A DNA stretch of 64,000 nt from Glycera tridactyla. Lineage: Eukaryota. The position numbers were made by a program, and so were the translations under genes. This document shows positions 62,440 through 64,000 of this stretch, piece by piece; within the stretch, counting starts at the first letter, position 1; every line of letters begins with the position of its first letter. Location of the stretch: assembly GCA_965644265.1 (NCBI GenBank), contig OZ286459.1:117676001-117740000 (forward strand). Direction: 5' to 3'. The notes under the pieces are model-generated. The model was not told where the DNA came from and ran no database searches. It saw nothing but the letters and a program-made list of their open reading frames with translations.

Positions 62440-63469
62440 TACATATTGTCACCTGTGATTGGGGTAATATTTTCCTCCGATAGGGATCAGATCACCATCA
62501 TGTGACAAATACATCAAATATATGAAGCTAAAACAGAATTGTCTGGCCTCCCCATCCGATCCTTGGTACATGCCACCCAACACATGACCATCATGGATTA
62601 AGGAACAGTATACGTAGAAGTATAATATTTCACCACCTCAAGCTCGTTCCACGAAATAGCTCCTGGGTTCCCAACGTAAGGCAAAAGGTCACGAAATTCA
62701 CCAACCCTAGAGTGTTACTTCTTTCTGACATCGGATGACACCACAACATGGAATGTTGCCCATCTTCCAATCCGTACAACCCAATGTCAAGTTACACCAA
62801 TCTATGATCAAGTAGATCATGCAACAACTGTGACGCTTATCAACAATTGTTGTAACCTGAGCTTAACGGATCACATGACTCTAATCTCAGAAGGAAACTG
62901 ATATACCGAGGTCAAAGTGTAGACCCAAACCAGAAGGAGGAAGTGATCCTCCCGAGCGTCACTTTCATCTGAGTCCATGATGAAAAGAAATGGATATATG
63001 TTCAAACTCTTCAAGCCAGCGTTTGATCAGTGATGTTAGTAGGTCGAGCTTCGGTAGTTAGTACAAACCAAGCACATAATGTGGTATTATAGTTGTAATT
63101 TGAATTTGCTCATTGTGGGATACATGCCCTATCATTATAGGGGAAATGTAGGGCTCTCTCCCTCCCCATGATACAGCAGCTCAGGGAGTAGTGTGCCTGT
63201 AAGCAATGTTTTTGAACAAAGATGAAAAACTATACGTGAAATGTGATTTGATTTGAGAAATATCTATCATCTCCTTGGAAGGTCATTATGACTATATTTT
63301 CCCCATCCGACTAAACATATATACAGTGAAATGTGAAGTGATGTGAAGGGATTTGTGTGTGGGACATTATATTGAAATCACACCATTTCGAGCAGGTTGT
63401 AATACACCATGAGATTAGTGACAACTGCGCTGAAATATTGAGTAATTATTTATGGATCTAGCCTTACTG

Positions 63470-63750
63470 TTAGAGTATTAAACCATGCTGTCGGTGAATA
63501 AGGCTGCTGAAGGGAGAGGAGACATTGAACGCTTCAGCAACAGCACATTGCTGGTAGTCCAGTCCTTGTACACAGAGAGGCAGCATGGCAACGCCAGACA
63601 TCGATTGCTGACGAGCCGAGAGTATTGCGAGCAGGTCCAGGGTGGCATCCAGACAGGCTGGAAGGCACATGTCTGGCTTAGGATCAAGGTCATTGAATAA
63701 CAATTCCTTGAATAGCATGACCAATTCTTGCCATCTCTGTACTGAACCAA
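63470..63750 (-). CDS. Possible isolated (terminal) exon of an unidentified gene
   Basis: Compositionally distinct GC-richer block with two open minus-strand frames and a GGTTCAG acceptor candidate; no family recognised. Confidence 0.2.
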
Positions 63751-64000
63751 TCCATCCATGAATTATCAAAACTCAAGTTTTTGTTTGTTTAGGATCAACA
63801 ACCTCACAAACTCAATGAGTTATAACAGACTAGGAATGCATTACATTATCTGGTGAAAACCCAAATGCATTGTTTGAACATCCAACGCCCGAATGCTACA
63901 GGGTTCCTTCCAGGATTTTCTGAAACGGGAGCATTTGACCCTTAAAGTTGAGAAAAGAAAGCATTCCTTCACTGAATTCGCCAAAATGGGTCCACTCAAC

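Noticed and set aside
1-64000. CRISPR arrays, rRNA genes, prokaryotic operons
   Set aside because: No regularly spaced repeats with unique spacers and no rRNA signatures; the genes are spliceosomal and eukaryotic.

Overview
Eukaryotic genomic window, intron-rich and repeat-rich, with 7 N-gaps. Repeat types and gene families suggest a lophotrochozoan-type invertebrate (inference). Supported content: (1) a 3-exon heparan-sulfate 3-O-sulfotransferase-like gene (+, 5297-8219); (2) a 2-exon DEG/ENaC channel gene (-, 16136-11786); (3) an annexin gene (-, at least 36624-21455) with a mutually exclusive duplicated exon pair in repeat I, a near-identical 33-bp intronic element upstream of each variant, and two duplicated alternative last exons; (4) a complete 7188-bp DIRS1-type tyrosine-recombinase retrotransposon (38140-45327) with open gag, RT/RNaseH/MT and YR ORFs, ITRs, an ICR, a CAT crossover trinucleotide and an extra fourth ORF behind a splice acceptor; (5) an exon encoding a C2H2-finger plus acidic-repeat protein (-, 56063-55092); (6) a dispersed short repeat family carrying a minimal hammerhead-ribozyme-like core with covarying palindromic helix III (best copy 62407-62439). 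There are also MITEs, Helentron-like non-autonomous ends and microsatellites. No CRISPR, rRNA or convincing tRNA genes were seen. All coordinates and alignments were read by hand; no database searches were run.
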